Assembly (NCBI GenBank): GCA_963835335.1
Contig: CAWIFB010000005.1
Location: forward strand, 7,657 to 71,656
Source: an uncultured Chloroflexia bacterium
GTDB lineage: Bacteria; Chloroflexota; Limnocylindria; Limnocylindrales; CSP1-4
Reading direction: 5' to 3'
Length of the DNA: 64,000 nt
The notes under the pieces were generated by a model. It did no database searches, was not told the DNA's origin, and was given only the letters and a program-made list of their open reading frames with translations. This document shows, one piece after another, positions 39,566-48,916 of the stretch (position 1 is the first letter of the stretch; each line of letters opens with the position of its first letter). The position numbers and the translations under genes were made by a program.

Positions 39566-41991
39566 GCGGCCGGGCCTCCGGTGGCGGGACGGGCCGGCGA
39601 GATCGCCCCGGGAGCGGCTGCCCCGGGCGCGGAGGCCGTGGACACCGCGGACACGCCCGGCGGGCCCGGCGCCTCGATGCCGGCCAGCGCGGCCAGGATC
39701 CGCTCCGGCGTGGCGGGCAGATCGTGGATCCAGACGCCCGTCGCATCGTGGATCGCGGCCACGACCGCCGGTGCGCCGACGTCCATCGGCAGCTCGCCGA
39801 CTCCCTTGGCGCCGTGCGGCGCATCCTCGAACGGGACCTCGACCAGGATCGTCTCGATCCGCGGCGCGTCGAGCGCGGTCGGGATGAGATACGTCTGGAG
39901 CCGGTCGTTGAGGTACCGGCCGTCGAGCAGCTTGATCTCCTCGATCGTCGCGTAGCCCACGGCCTGGAGCGTGCCGCCCTCGACCTGGCCCTCGCACAGG
40001 ACGCGGTGGATCACGCGACCGACGTCATCGGCGGCCACAACGGACAGGACCGAGACCTCGCAGGTGTCGAGGTCCACCTCGACCTCGGCCACCGCGGCGG
40101 CCCAGCCGTACGACGGGTAGGCGTCACCCGTGTACGTGGCGTCGTCGAAGTGCCGGCCCGGGTAGGGCGCGAACTGCTCGTCGATGCGGGTTGCGCCGTG
40201 ATCCCGGGCATCGTCGCGGTATGACAGCCCGAAGTCGCGCCCGGTTCGAGCCTCAACCTGGGCCTTGAGGCGCCGCGCCGCGTTGACCAGCAGGCCGCCC
40301 ACGACCATCGCCGTCCGGGAGGCGACGGTGGGCCCGGAGTCGGGCACGATCGCGGTGTCCTGGGGCGCCAGCTCGACGGCGTCGATGTCGATCTCGAGCT
40401 CGCCCGCGACCAGCTGCGGGAAGATCGTCTTGGTCCCCTGCCCCATCTCGGTGGACGCGGTCAGGATCCGGATCCGGCCGTCCGCGGTCAGCTCGATGGT
40501 GGCGATCGAGCCCATCTTCTCCTCGCCCGAGCCGGTGAAGCCCGCGCCGTGCCAGGCGAGCGCGAGCCCGATCCCGCGCGCCGTCCGGGCATCGGCCGGT
40601 CTGCTTGCGCGTTCGGCGGCCGTGCGCGCGCGCGTCCGCTCGAGCTCCGACGCCTCCGCGGCGCGGTCCAGCACCTCGAGCGCGGCGACATCATTGGCCA
40701 GCACCTGGTGGGTCGCCGTGATCCCGCCCGGACGGTACGCGTTGCGCCGCCGGATCTCGAGCGGCGAGATGCCCAGCGCGTCCGCGGCGCGGTTGACCTG
40801 CATCTCTGCCGCGAACTCGGCCTGCGGCGCGCCGAAGCCACGGAACGCGCCGTTGGGGGGCGTGTTGGTGGCCACGGCGCGGGACCGGATCCGGACGTTG
40901 TCGACGTCGTACGGGCCGCCGGCGTGGATGGTCGCCCGCGACAGCACGACCGGCGTCAGGGTCGTGTACGCGCCGCCGTCGAGCACGAGGTCGATGTCCT
41001 GGGCCACGATCCGGCCGTCCCGGGTGAGCCCTGTCCGGTGATGGATCACTGCCGGGTGGCGCTTGGTGGTCGCGGACAGGTCCTCGTGGCGGTCGTAGAT
41101 CATGCGCACGGGTCGCCCGGTCCGCCGCGCGAGGAGCGCCGCGTGGAGCGCGATCATCGACGGGTACTCCTCCTTGCCGCCGAACCCGCCGCCCGTCTCC
41201 GCCTGGACCACCTGGACGTGGGCATCGTCGAGGCCGAGGCCTGCGATCAGCGCACGGTGCACGTAGTACGGGCACTGCAGGCTGCCGTGGACGGTGATCC
41301 CGCCGTCCTCGCGGGGCAGCGCGATCATCGCGTTGTTCTCGATGTACAGCTGCTCCTGGTGGCCGACCCGGTAGGTGCCCTCGATCACGACGTCGGCGGC
41401 TGCCAGCGCGGCGTCCACGTCGCCGCGGCCGAGCTCGAAGTGCTCGAACACGACGTCCGAGGCGAGCGGATCGAACACCGGGGGCAGGGGCTCCGTCCGG
41501 AGCCGGATCCGGCGACGCGCCTCGCGCAGCGTGTCGCGGTCCGGCGCGGCGACCAGGGCGACCGGCTCCGCCTGGTGCCGGATCTCGCCGCCGACGGGGA
41601 CGAGGATCGGCTGGTCCGCCGCGATGCTGGCCACGACGTTGCGGCCCGGGATGTCGGCCGCGGTGACCACGACGACGCGGTCCCACGGGAAGTCCGCGCC
41701 GAGGTCGATGCCGAGGAGGTGGGCATGGGCGTCGGTCGACCGGATCGTCGCGCCGTACCAGGCGCCCGGGAACACGAGGTCGTCGGCATAGGCCGCCGTT
41801 CCGGTGAGCTTGGCCGGGCCCTCGCGGCGTGCCGGCGTCGCCCGCCCGACACCCTGACCGGAACGCGCCGGCGCCGCGACCGGTGCCGGCGCTGCGGTCG
41901 CGGAAGCCGGCCCGGACGGGTGCCGCGGCGCCCTCTCGATCGTCAACGTGGACTGCCTCCGTGGGGTTCCCGGAAGGGTGGAACGGTGCAC
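39562..41991 (-). CDS. xanthine dehydrogenase family, molybdopterin-binding large subunit
   Basis: About 800 aa with blocks such as GGGFGGKE, AFRGFGAPQ and the C-terminal GVGELP region. The N-terminal start is uncertain. Confidence 0.9.
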   Translation of the reverse strand: MHRSTLPGTPRRQSTLTIERAPRHPSGPASATAAPAPVAAPARSGQGVGRATPARREGPAKLTGTAAYADDLVFPGAWYGATIRSTDAHAHLLGIDLGADFPWDRVVVVTAADIPGRNVVASIAADQPILVPVGGEIRHQAEPVALVAAPDRDTLREARRRIRLRTEPLPPVFDPLASDVVFEHFELGRGDVDAALAAADVVIEGTYRVGHQEQLYIENNAMIALPREDGGITVHGSLQCPYYVHRALIAGLGLDDAHVQVVQAETGGGFGGKEEYPSMIALHAALLARRTGRPVRMIYDRHEDLSATTKRHPAVIHHRTGLTRDGRIVAQDIDLVLDGGAYTTLTPVVLSRATIHAGGPYDVDNVRIRSRAVATNTPPNGAFRGFGAPQAEFAAEMQVNRAADALGISPLEIRRRNAYRPGGITATHQVLANDVAALEVLDRAAEASELERTRARTAAERASRPADARTARGIGLALAWHGAGFTGSGEEKMGSIATIELTADGRIRILTASTEMGQGTKTIFPQLVAGELEIDIDAVELAPQDTAIVPDSGPTVASRTAMVVGGLLVNAARRLKAQVEARTGRDFGLSYRDDARDHGATRIDEQFAPYPGRHFDDATYTGDAYPSYGWAAAVAEVEVDLDTCEVSVLSVVAADDVGRVIHRVLCEGQVEGGTLQAVGYATIEEIKLLDGRYLNDRLQTYLIPTALDAPRIETILVEVPFEDAPHGAKGVGELPMDVGAPAVVAAIHDATGVWIHDLPATPERILAALAGIEAPGPPGVSAVSTASAPGAAAPGAISPARPATGGPAA

Positions 41992-42037
41992 CAGCGCGTG
42001 TCAAGCAACGAGGCGCCTGCGGCCAACCGCCGGAAAC

Positions 42038-43636
42038 TCACGCGTGGTGTCCGCGCCGCAGCGAGCGTCCCGGGGTGGCGCCCGTGTGCTCGCCACCGTC
42101 GACCACCGGCACCCCGTTGACCAGCACCAGCGGGATCCCCGCGGGGAAGCGGCGCGGATCGTCGTACGTCGCCCGGGACGCGATCGTGGCCGGATCGAAC
42201 GCGACGAGGTCCGCGGCGAGGCCGTCAGCGATGCGGCCCCGGTCCGCGAGGCCCAGCCGCGCTGCCGGCGCGCCCGTCATCCGGTGGACCGCCGCCTCGA
42301 GACCCAGCCAGCGCTCCTCCCGGACGAATTCGCCCAGGATCCGGGGGTAGGAGCCGTACGTCCGGGGCGCGGGCTTGTCCCCGACCATGACCCCGTCGGT
42401 GCCGATCATCGCGCCGGGATGCTGGAGGAACCGCCGGATCCCGTCGCGGTGCGGCCCGGGCGTCACCTGGTTGACGCGCAGGTCCTCCGCGAGCAGCAGG
42501 TCGCAGATGGTGTCGACGGCGTCGCGCCCGGTCGCGCGCATGAGGTCGCCGAGCGTCCGCGCCTCCCACTCCAGGTGCTCCGGCCGGGTGAGCGCGCCGA
42601 TCCGCAGCTCGTCCCAGGTGCGGTCGCCGGCGAACAGCCGGCCCCGTGCCCGGAGCTCGTCGCGGATCCGGGCGCGCATCGCGCGGTCGGCGAGCCGCTC
42701 CCGCAGCGCCCCGATCCCGCCGGCCTGGATCCACTCCGGCAGCATGATCAGCAGCCGCGTGCTCGCCCATTCCGAGGGGTACAGGTCGAAGCTGACGTCG
42801 AGGCCCTCGGCGCGGGCATCGTCGACGAGCGCGAGCATCTGGTCGGGCGTTCCCGGGAACGTGGCCCGGTGGTAGAAGTGGGTGATGTGGACCGGCGCGC
42901 CGCTCCGCCGCCCGATCTCGATCGCCTCGCGGAACGGGTCGAGGAAGCCGTCGCCCAGCGGATAGCGGACGTGCGTGTGGTAGATCCCGCCGAGCCGGGC
43001 GGCCTCGGTCGCGATCGCCGCAAGCTCGGCCGTGGTCGCGTACGAGCCCGGCGGATAGTCCAGCCCCGTCGACAGCCCGAAGCCGCCGTCCTCCATCGCC
43101 TCGCGCAGCCGCGACCGCTGGTCGGCGATCGCTCGGGCATCGGCCTCGACGTCGTCCCAGCCGAGCGCCGCGATCCGCAGCGGCGAGTTGCCCACGACAT
43201 AGGCGATGTTCACGGCAACCCGTCCGTCGTACCGGGCGAGGTACTCGGCCACCGTCGCCCAGTCGTAGTCGAGGTCGGGGCGCCCGTCGAGCCCGGCGTT
43301 GAGGACGACGAAGTCCCGCAGGTCGGCGGGATCCGGGAACGGCGCGTACGCGTTGCCGTCGACCCCGATCACCTCGGTTGTGACGCCCTGCCGGACCTTT
43401 GGCTCGTGGCGCGGCTCGGCGAGCATCACCAGCCCACCGTGGCTGTGGAGGTCGATGAACCCGGGTGCGATCACGAGCCCGGTGGCGTCATAGGTGCGGA
43501 CCGCCCGGAGCGCCTCGCCCGGCGCCGGGAGCACGATCCGGTCGCCCGCGACGGCCACGCTCGCCGGGTATCCCGGCACACCCGTGCCGTCGACGACGGT
43601 GCCGCCCTCGAGCAGCAGGTCGACGTCGCGCGTCAT
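42038..43636 (-). CDS. N-acyl-D-amino-acid deacylase (D-aminoacylase) family amidohydrolase
   Basis: Typical N-terminus DLLLEGGTVVDGTG...APGFIDLHSH. Length 532 aa. ATG at 43636. Confidence 0.75.
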   Translation of the reverse strand: MTRDVDLLLEGGTVVDGTGVPGYPASVAVAGDRIVLPAPGEALRAVRTYDATGLVIAPGFIDLHSHGGLVMLAEPRHEPKVRQGVTTEVIGVDGNAYAPFPDPADLRDFVVLNAGLDGRPDLDYDWATVAEYLARYDGRVAVNIAYVVGNSPLRIAALGWDDVEADARAIADQRSRLREAMEDGGFGLSTGLDYPPGSYATTAELAAIATEAARLGGIYHTHVRYPLGDGFLDPFREAIEIGRRSGAPVHITHFYHRATFPGTPDQMLALVDDARAEGLDVSFDLYPSEWASTRLLIMLPEWIQAGGIGALRERLADRAMRARIRDELRARGRLFAGDRTWDELRIGALTRPEHLEWEARTLGDLMRATGRDAVDTICDLLLAEDLRVNQVTPGPHRDGIRRFLQHPGAMIGTDGVMVGDKPAPRTYGSYPRILGEFVREERWLGLEAAVHRMTGAPAARLGLADRGRIADGLAADLVAFDPATIASRATYDDPRRFPAGIPLVLVNGVPVVDGGEHTGATPGRSLRRGHHA

Positions 43637-43664
43637 CGTGGGCGCTGGGCGGCGGGCAGGTCCG

Positions 43665-45026
43665 TCACGCCGGCCCCGGTGGACCGTCGAGCAGCCGGCC
43701 GCGGACCCAGGCGGCGCGGACCATCGCCGGATGCGGCCGGAAGGCCAGGCGGGACATGATCTCGTCCGGCTCGTCCGAGTCGATGCCATCGATGGGGGCG
43801 ACGAGCCGTGGATCGACGGCGATCAGGTCGGCCTCCTTGCCCGGCTCGAGCGAGCCGATCTCCCCGTCGAGGCCGAGGGCGCGCGCACCGTCGAGCGTTC
43901 CGACCCGCAGCCAGTCCAGCGGTCCGAGCGGCGCCGGCCCACGTCCTTCGTCGAGCACGCTGAGCCCACTCTGCGTATATGCCCCGGCGCGCATGTTGGC
44001 GAACAGCGAAAGCTCCGGCCCGCCCGACACGTCGGAACCAAGGCCCACCCGGAGCCCCATGGCCCGGTACCGGCCCAGGCGCATGGCGCCGGAGGCAAGG
44101 AACAGGTTCGACGCCGGGCAATGGGCGATCGCGGTGTCCGTCTCGACCATGCGCCCGAGCTCGCGGTCCGAGAGGTGGATCGCGTGCGCCATGATCGTCC
44201 GCGGCCCCAGGGCGCCGGCCCGGTCGTACACGTCGAGGTAGTCGATCGCGTCCGGGTGCAGCCGCGCCACCTCGCGCAGCTCGTGGCGGTCCTCGGACAG
44301 GTGGGTCTGCCAGTAGGCGCCGGTCGAGCGGGCCAGCGCCGCCGACTCGCGCAGCAAGTCCGCCGTGCATGACACGGCGAACCGCGGGGTGAACGCGTAG
44401 CGCAGCCGGCCGCCATCGCGACCGTGCCAGCGGCTGCACAGGTCGGCCGACTGGCGGAGGCTCGTCTCGAGCACGCGCTCAGGCGGCAGCCGGTCGTCGT
44501 AGCTGCCCCGGTCCATCATCACCTTGCCGATCACGGCCCGGATGCCGTGTGCCTCGGCGGCGCGGAACGTGGCGTCGAGCGAGGGCTCGTAGACGGCGCC
44601 GTAGATCACGGCGGTCGTGGTTCCCGCCGCGGCGAACGCGCGGAACGCGGCCGGGGCGAGGCGCTCCGCGGTCTGCTCGTCGAAGGCGCGCTCCAGCGGG
44701 AAGATGTACCGCTCGAGCCAGTCGAGCAGGTGCAGGCCGGCGCCCACGCCCGCGGCCGGCAGCTGCGGCAGGTGCACGTGCAGGTCGACCATGCCGGGCA
44801 TGAGGACGAGGGGCCGGAGGTCGAGGGTCGGGGTCGCGTCACCGCCTTCTGCGTCGCGGCTGAGGGCGGCCGGCGCGTCGCGCCACGGACCTGCGCCCGT
44901 GATGAGCCCCCGCGCATCAACGTCGAGGCGGCCGTCGGGCTCGTAGCGTGTCCCGCCGCCCGCCAGCGGCGTCAGCACGCGAGCCCGGATCGTGAACGGC
45001 GGTCGCGCGGGAAGGGTCGGCCCCAT
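43665..45026 (-). CDS. guanine deaminase-like amidohydrolase (chlorohydrolase family)
   Basis: PGMVDLHVHLPQ metal motif, HLSED, IAHCPASN, GLGSDV. The genomic context includes xanthine dehydrogenase. Confidence 0.7.
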   Translation of the reverse strand: MGPTLPARPPFTIRARVLTPLAGGGTRYEPDGRLDVDARGLITGAGPWRDAPAALSRDAEGGDATPTLDLRPLVLMPGMVDLHVHLPQLPAAGVGAGLHLLDWLERYIFPLERAFDEQTAERLAPAAFRAFAAAGTTTAVIYGAVYEPSLDATFRAAEAHGIRAVIGKVMMDRGSYDDRLPPERVLETSLRQSADLCSRWHGRDGGRLRYAFTPRFAVSCTADLLRESAALARSTGAYWQTHLSEDRHELREVARLHPDAIDYLDVYDRAGALGPRTIMAHAIHLSDRELGRMVETDTAIAHCPASNLFLASGAMRLGRYRAMGLRVGLGSDVSGGPELSLFANMRAGAYTQSGLSVLDEGRGPAPLGPLDWLRVGTLDGARALGLDGEIGSLEPGKEADLIAVDPRLVAPIDGIDSDEPDEIMSRLAFRPHPAMVRAAWVRGRLLDGPPGPA

Positions 45027-45198
45027 GCGGTGATCGTAACGCCGGGGACGACCCGAAGCGCGCCCACAAGGACCGCGCGAATGCGCCGGTGGGTCGGTCG
45101 GGGTTGCGGGATCCGAGGTACGGGCTTCACTCGGGCCGGATCGAGCCGTATGCTGCCGGCCGGGCCGCGGTTCGGGCGCGGCGAGGTGGAGGGCAGTC

Positions 45199-46599
45199 AT
45201 GACACGCCGGCTCGCGACCCTGGCAATCCCCATCGTCCTGTTGCTGGGCGGCCTCGTGCCACCCGCCTCCGCCGCGGATCCCGCGCTTCCCCTGCCGGCG
45301 GTCATGGCCGCCGTCGGCGACTCGATCACGCAGGCCGCGAGCTCGAACGGAACGCTCGGTGCGGACGCGCCGGAGAACTCATGGTCAACCGGGACCAACT
45401 CCACCGTCGACAGCCACTATCTGCGCCTGCTCGCGCTCGGCGCATCGATCGCCGGTCACAACAACAACCGGTCCGTCAGCGGCGCCAAGGTCGGCGGGCT
45501 CGATGCCCAGATGGCCGGCGTCGCCACCCTCCACCCGGACTACCTGACCGTGCTGATCGGCGGCAATGACCTGTGCACGGACACCGTGGCGCAGATGACG
45601 TCCGTGGCCGACTTCGAGGCCCAGCTCCGGACGGCGATGACGACGCTGACGGCGGCGTCGCCCACGACCTACGTGTACGTGCTGAGCATCCCTGACGTCT
45701 ACCAGCTGTGGAGCCTGTTCCACACCAGCTGGTGGGCGCGCGTGGTCTGGTCGGTCGGCGGCATCTGCCAGTCGCTGCTGGCCAACCCGACGTCCACCCA
45801 GGCTGCCGACGTCCAGCGACGTGCCGCGGTGCGGCAGCGGAACCTCGACTACAACGCGAAGCTGGCTGCCGTCTGCTCGACATTCACCCACTGTCGGTTC
45901 GACAACAACACGGTGTTCAACACCCAGTTCGCGAAGAGCGACGTCTCGGGCGACTACTTCCATCCGTCGATCGCGGGGCAGGCGAAGCTGGCTGCCGCGA
46001 CCTGGACCGCCGGCTACACCTGGAGCGTTGCCCCGCCCGCGAACCAGCCCCCGACCGCGTCGTTCACCAGCGCCTGCAACGGGCTGACGTGCAGCTTCAC
46101 CGATACCTCGACGGACGGCGACGGAACAATCGTGGCGCGCAGCTGGGCGTTCGGGGACGGGGGCACGTCGACCGCCGCGAACCCGTCGCACACCTATCCG
46201 GCGGCCGGGTCCTACCCGGTCACACTGACGGTGACCGACGACGACGGGGCGACCGACCTGGTCTCGTCGACCGTGTCTCCCACCGCACCGACGTCGATGT
46301 GGGTCGCGAGCCTGTCCGGCGCGGCGACCGCCTCGCGCGGCAGCTGGTCGGCGACGGTGACGATCCGTGTCGTCGACGCGAACGGCCCGCTGAGCGGCGT
46401 CCTGGTGACCGGCAGCTGGTCGTCGGGGTCGGGCGGCACCTCGTGCACGACGGCGGGCGACGGCACCTGCACGGTCACGAGCTCATCCCTCAGCAAGAAG
46501 GTCTCGAGCGTGACGTTCTCCGTCGCAAGTGCGGTTCGTTCGGGTTCGCTGTATGACCCATCGCAAAGCACGACATCGACCACCGTGAACAAGCCGTGA
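45199..46599 (+). CDS. secreted SGNH/GDSL hydrolase with PKD domain
   Basis: Signal peptide. Block I (AVGDSITQA), block III (GGNDLC), block V (DYFHPS). PKD repeat (FTDTSTDGDGTIVARSWAFGDGGTSTAANPSHTYPAAGSYPVTLTVTDDDGA). Confidence 0.8.
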   Translation: MTRRLATLAIPIVLLLGGLVPPASAADPALPLPAVMAAVGDSITQAASSNGTLGADAPENSWSTGTNSTVDSHYLRLLALGASIAGHNNNRSVSGAKVGGLDAQMAGVATLHPDYLTVLIGGNDLCTDTVAQMTSVADFEAQLRTAMTTLTAASPTTYVYVLSIPDVYQLWSLFHTSWWARVVWSVGGICQSLLANPTSTQAADVQRRAAVRQRNLDYNAKLAAVCSTFTHCRFDNNTVFNTQFAKSDVSGDYFHPSIAGQAKLAAATWTAGYTWSVAPPANQPPTASFTSACNGLTCSFTDTSTDGDGTIVARSWAFGDGGTSTAANPSHTYPAAGSYPVTLTVTDDDGATDLVSSTVSPTAPTSMWVASLSGAATASRGSWSATVTIRVVDANGPLSGVLVTGSWSSGSGGTSCTTAGDGTCTVTSSSLSKKVSSVTFSVASAVRSGSLYDPSQSTTSTTVNKP

Positions 46600-46657
46600 A
46601 CGGGGCGGGCTCGGCGCCACGCCGCGTCGATGCCACGGAGCGCGCACTATTGGGCTG

Positions 46658-47611
46658 ATGCACACGACGCCCACCTCCCGCCCCGACACGGTCACCGTCT
46701 GCCTGCCCGACGTCCCGGAACGAGAACACATGGGCACGCTCCCGGACACCGTGGAGGTGGTGCTCGTCCCGCAGGAGCCGGAGCCGATCCCGGATCTCGC
46801 CGGCGTGGATCTTGTCGTTCCCTATCACCGGATCCGGGAGACGCTGTCCGACCTGCTCGCCGGGCCGCCGGGACGGTTGCGCGTGATCCAGACGCTGAGC
46901 GCGGGCGTCAACTGGCTCCGTGGCCAGGTCCCCCCGCAGGTCATGGTGTGCAACGCGCGCGGCGTCTACGACGTGCCGCTCGCCGAGTGGGCGGTGGGTG
47001 CGATCCTGGCCATGCAGCGCGGGCTCGTCCGGGCGCGCGACGCGCAGGGGCGCGGCGAGTGGACCTCGTACGAGCCGGACGAGCTGGCCGGGACCACGGT
47101 GGTCATCCTGGGTATGGGTTCGATCGGGTCCGCGATCGCAGACCGCCTGCGCCCGTTCGGCGTGGAGATCGTGGGCGTCGCACGAACCGCGCGCGACGGG
47201 GTCCACGGCATGGCGGATCTCGATGGCGTCCTCCCGGGCGCCGGGATCCTGGTCAACATGCTGCCGCTGACGAACGAGACGGACGGCCTGCTCGACGCCC
47301 GCCGGCTGGCGCTGCTGCCCGACGGCGCGCTGGTCGTCAACGGCGGCCGGGGTCGCACCGTGAACACCGGCGCGCTGGTTCATGAGCTGGAGACGGGCCG
47401 GCTGCGCGCCGCCCTCGACGTCACCGACCCGGAGCCGCTGCCCGAGGGCCATAGGTTCTGGGCGCTGCCCAACGTGCTGGTCAGCCCGCACATCGCCGGC
47501 GACTCGCCACAGGCAACGGTCCGGACCTTCGAGCTTGCGGGCGACCAGGTTCGCCGGTTCGCCGCCGGGGAGCCGCTCATCAACGAGGTCCCCCGCTACC
47601 TGCTGGAGTGA
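46658..47611 (+). CDS. D-isomer-specific 2-hydroxyacid dehydrogenase family protein
   Basis: NAD-binding motif (VVILGMGSIGSAIADRL) and catalytic region (...NGGRG...DVTDPEPLP..SPHIAG). Confidence 0.85.
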   Translation: MHTTPTSRPDTVTVCLPDVPEREHMGTLPDTVEVVLVPQEPEPIPDLAGVDLVVPYHRIRETLSDLLAGPPGRLRVIQTLSAGVNWLRGQVPPQVMVCNARGVYDVPLAEWAVGAILAMQRGLVRARDAQGRGEWTSYEPDELAGTTVVILGMGSIGSAIADRLRPFGVEIVGVARTARDGVHGMADLDGVLPGAGILVNMLPLTNETDGLLDARRLALLPDGALVVNGGRGRTVNTGALVHELETGRLRAALDVTDPEPLPEGHRFWALPNVLVSPHIAGDSPQATVRTFELAGDQVRRFAAGEPLINEVPRYLLE

Positions 47612-47850
47612 GCCGGACGCCGGGAGCCGTACGCCGTACGCCGGGCGCCGGGCGCCGGGCGCCGAGGCAGCGTGTCCTGGAGACAGCGAAATCGGCGGTT
47701 GAGGTGCTCATCGGCCACGCCAGAGGCGCCACCGGGCTGGCGGCGTGCCTCACCGACACGCCATCGACCGCTGCGGATAGCCCGCCCGGGGGTGATGCCG
47801 ATCTGCGTGACCGGGAGACACAATGGTCACCGGACGCGATGACCCGAGCC

Positions 47851-47933
47851 GCGGGGGCGACGCCCCAGCAGCGGGGGCGACGCCCCAGACGCGGCAGCGA
47901 CGCCCCCAACCTGCGGCGGGCAGCGACGCCACC
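47851..47933. repeat. four tandem ~20-21 nt repeats, consensus GCGGGGGCGACGCCCCAGNN
   Basis: The first two copies (47851-47870, 47871-47890) differ only in their last 2 nt. Copies 3 and 4 are degenerate. Each core GGGGCG-A-CGCCCC is palindromic. The array lies 13-95 nt upstream of the VOC gene ATG. Confidence 0.7.
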
Positions 47934-47945
47934 AGAGAGGACGAG

Positions 47946-48380
47946 ATGAACCCGACCGAACCGCCCGACCCCACCGCCACGCCGGGCTTTCCGGAAGCCG
48001 GCGTCGAGATGACGCACATCCTGGTGGTCAGCGACCTCGAGCGTGCCCGGGCGTGGTGGGTGTCGGTGCTGGGCGCCTCGCTCTACCGCGAGTACGGCGG
48101 CACATCGGCAGTGCTCCAGCTCGGTGGCAGCTGGCTGCTGCTGGTGACCGGCGGTGGGCCGACGCCCGACAAACCGGACGTGACGTTCGCGCCGCCGCCG
48201 GACGCGGCATCCGTCAGCCATGCGATGACGATCCGGGTCGCCGACTGCCGGGGGGTGTACCAGGAGCTGCTCGCGCGCGGAGCCACGTTCCTCACGCCGC
48301 CCGTGGTCAACGGCCTCGAGACGCGATGCTTCACGCGCGATCCGGACGGCCACCTCGTGGAGCTCAGTCAGTACGGCTGA
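47946..48380 (+). CDS. VOC (glyoxalase/bleomycin-resistance/dioxygenase) family protein
   Basis: Single paired beta-alpha-beta-beta-beta module (THILVVSDLERARAWWVSVLGA ... TRDPDGHLVELSQ). The start may instead be 47823. Confidence 0.7.
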   Translation: MNPTEPPDPTATPGFPEAGVEMTHILVVSDLERARAWWVSVLGASLYREYGGTSAVLQLGGSWLLLVTGGGPTPDKPDVTFAPPPDAASVSHAMTIRVADCRGVYQELLARGATFLTPPVVNGLETRCFTRDPDGHLVELSQYG

Positions 48381-48502
48381 CCTGACGGGTTGGGGGTGAC
48401 GGGTTGGGGGGTAGCCAGGGGTGGGTACATTTCGGTTAGCACGAGCCGGCGGCGTCCTATCGCGCACCTGTCGCCCGCGCGCCGGCTCGATGGAGAGCGA
48501 GC

Positions 48503-48877
48503 ATGGCCGAGCACCCGAACGCAAAGGTCGTTCGCGAGATGAATGACGCGATGAGCAGCGGTGACATGGAGGGCGCCGCCAGCCGCGTCGCCGATGACGT
48601 CGTATGGCACGAGATCGGTCGCGCCGAGCCCCGGCGCGGCAAGGGGGAGCTGGCCGCGTCGATGGGCGACTTCCAGGGGTACGACATCAGCTGGGAGGTC
48701 CACGACATCCTCGCCAACGACGATCACGCCATCGCCCTGGGCACGGCGCACGCCACCCACGGTGATCGCTCGCTGACGTACCGCACGGCCGAGATCTACC
48801 ACGTCCGCGACGGCAAGGTCACCGAGCGCTGGGCGTTCTCGGACGACACCAAGGCAATCACCGACTTCTTCGGCTGA
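48503..48877 (+). CDS. SnoaL-like / NTF2-fold protein
   Basis: 124 aa with the pattern DDVVWHE...HDILANDDHAIALG...EIYHVRDGKVTERW. Confidence 0.75.
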   Translation: MAEHPNAKVVREMNDAMSSGDMEGAASRVADDVVWHEIGRAEPRRGKGELAASMGDFQGYDISWEVHDILANDDHAIALGTAHATHGDRSLTYRTAEIYHVRDGKVTERWAFSDDTKAITDFFG

Positions 48878-48916
48878 ACCCGGCACCCGCGCCGCGGTGA
48901 GAACGGGCGGTGCGGG

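Noticed and set aside
47823-47945. A longer start (47823) for the VOC gene, and similar long N-terminal extensions in other ORF-track entries (e.g. 223-1206, 6855-7832, 17520-18395, 26318-27073, 43665-45404, 62564-63907).
   Set aside because: The extensions are low-complexity or overlap neighbouring genes or the tRNA. Internal ATG or GTG codons with GGAGG-like ribosome binding sites coincide with the start of family-conserved sequence. The 47823 case remains open and is reported as a finding.
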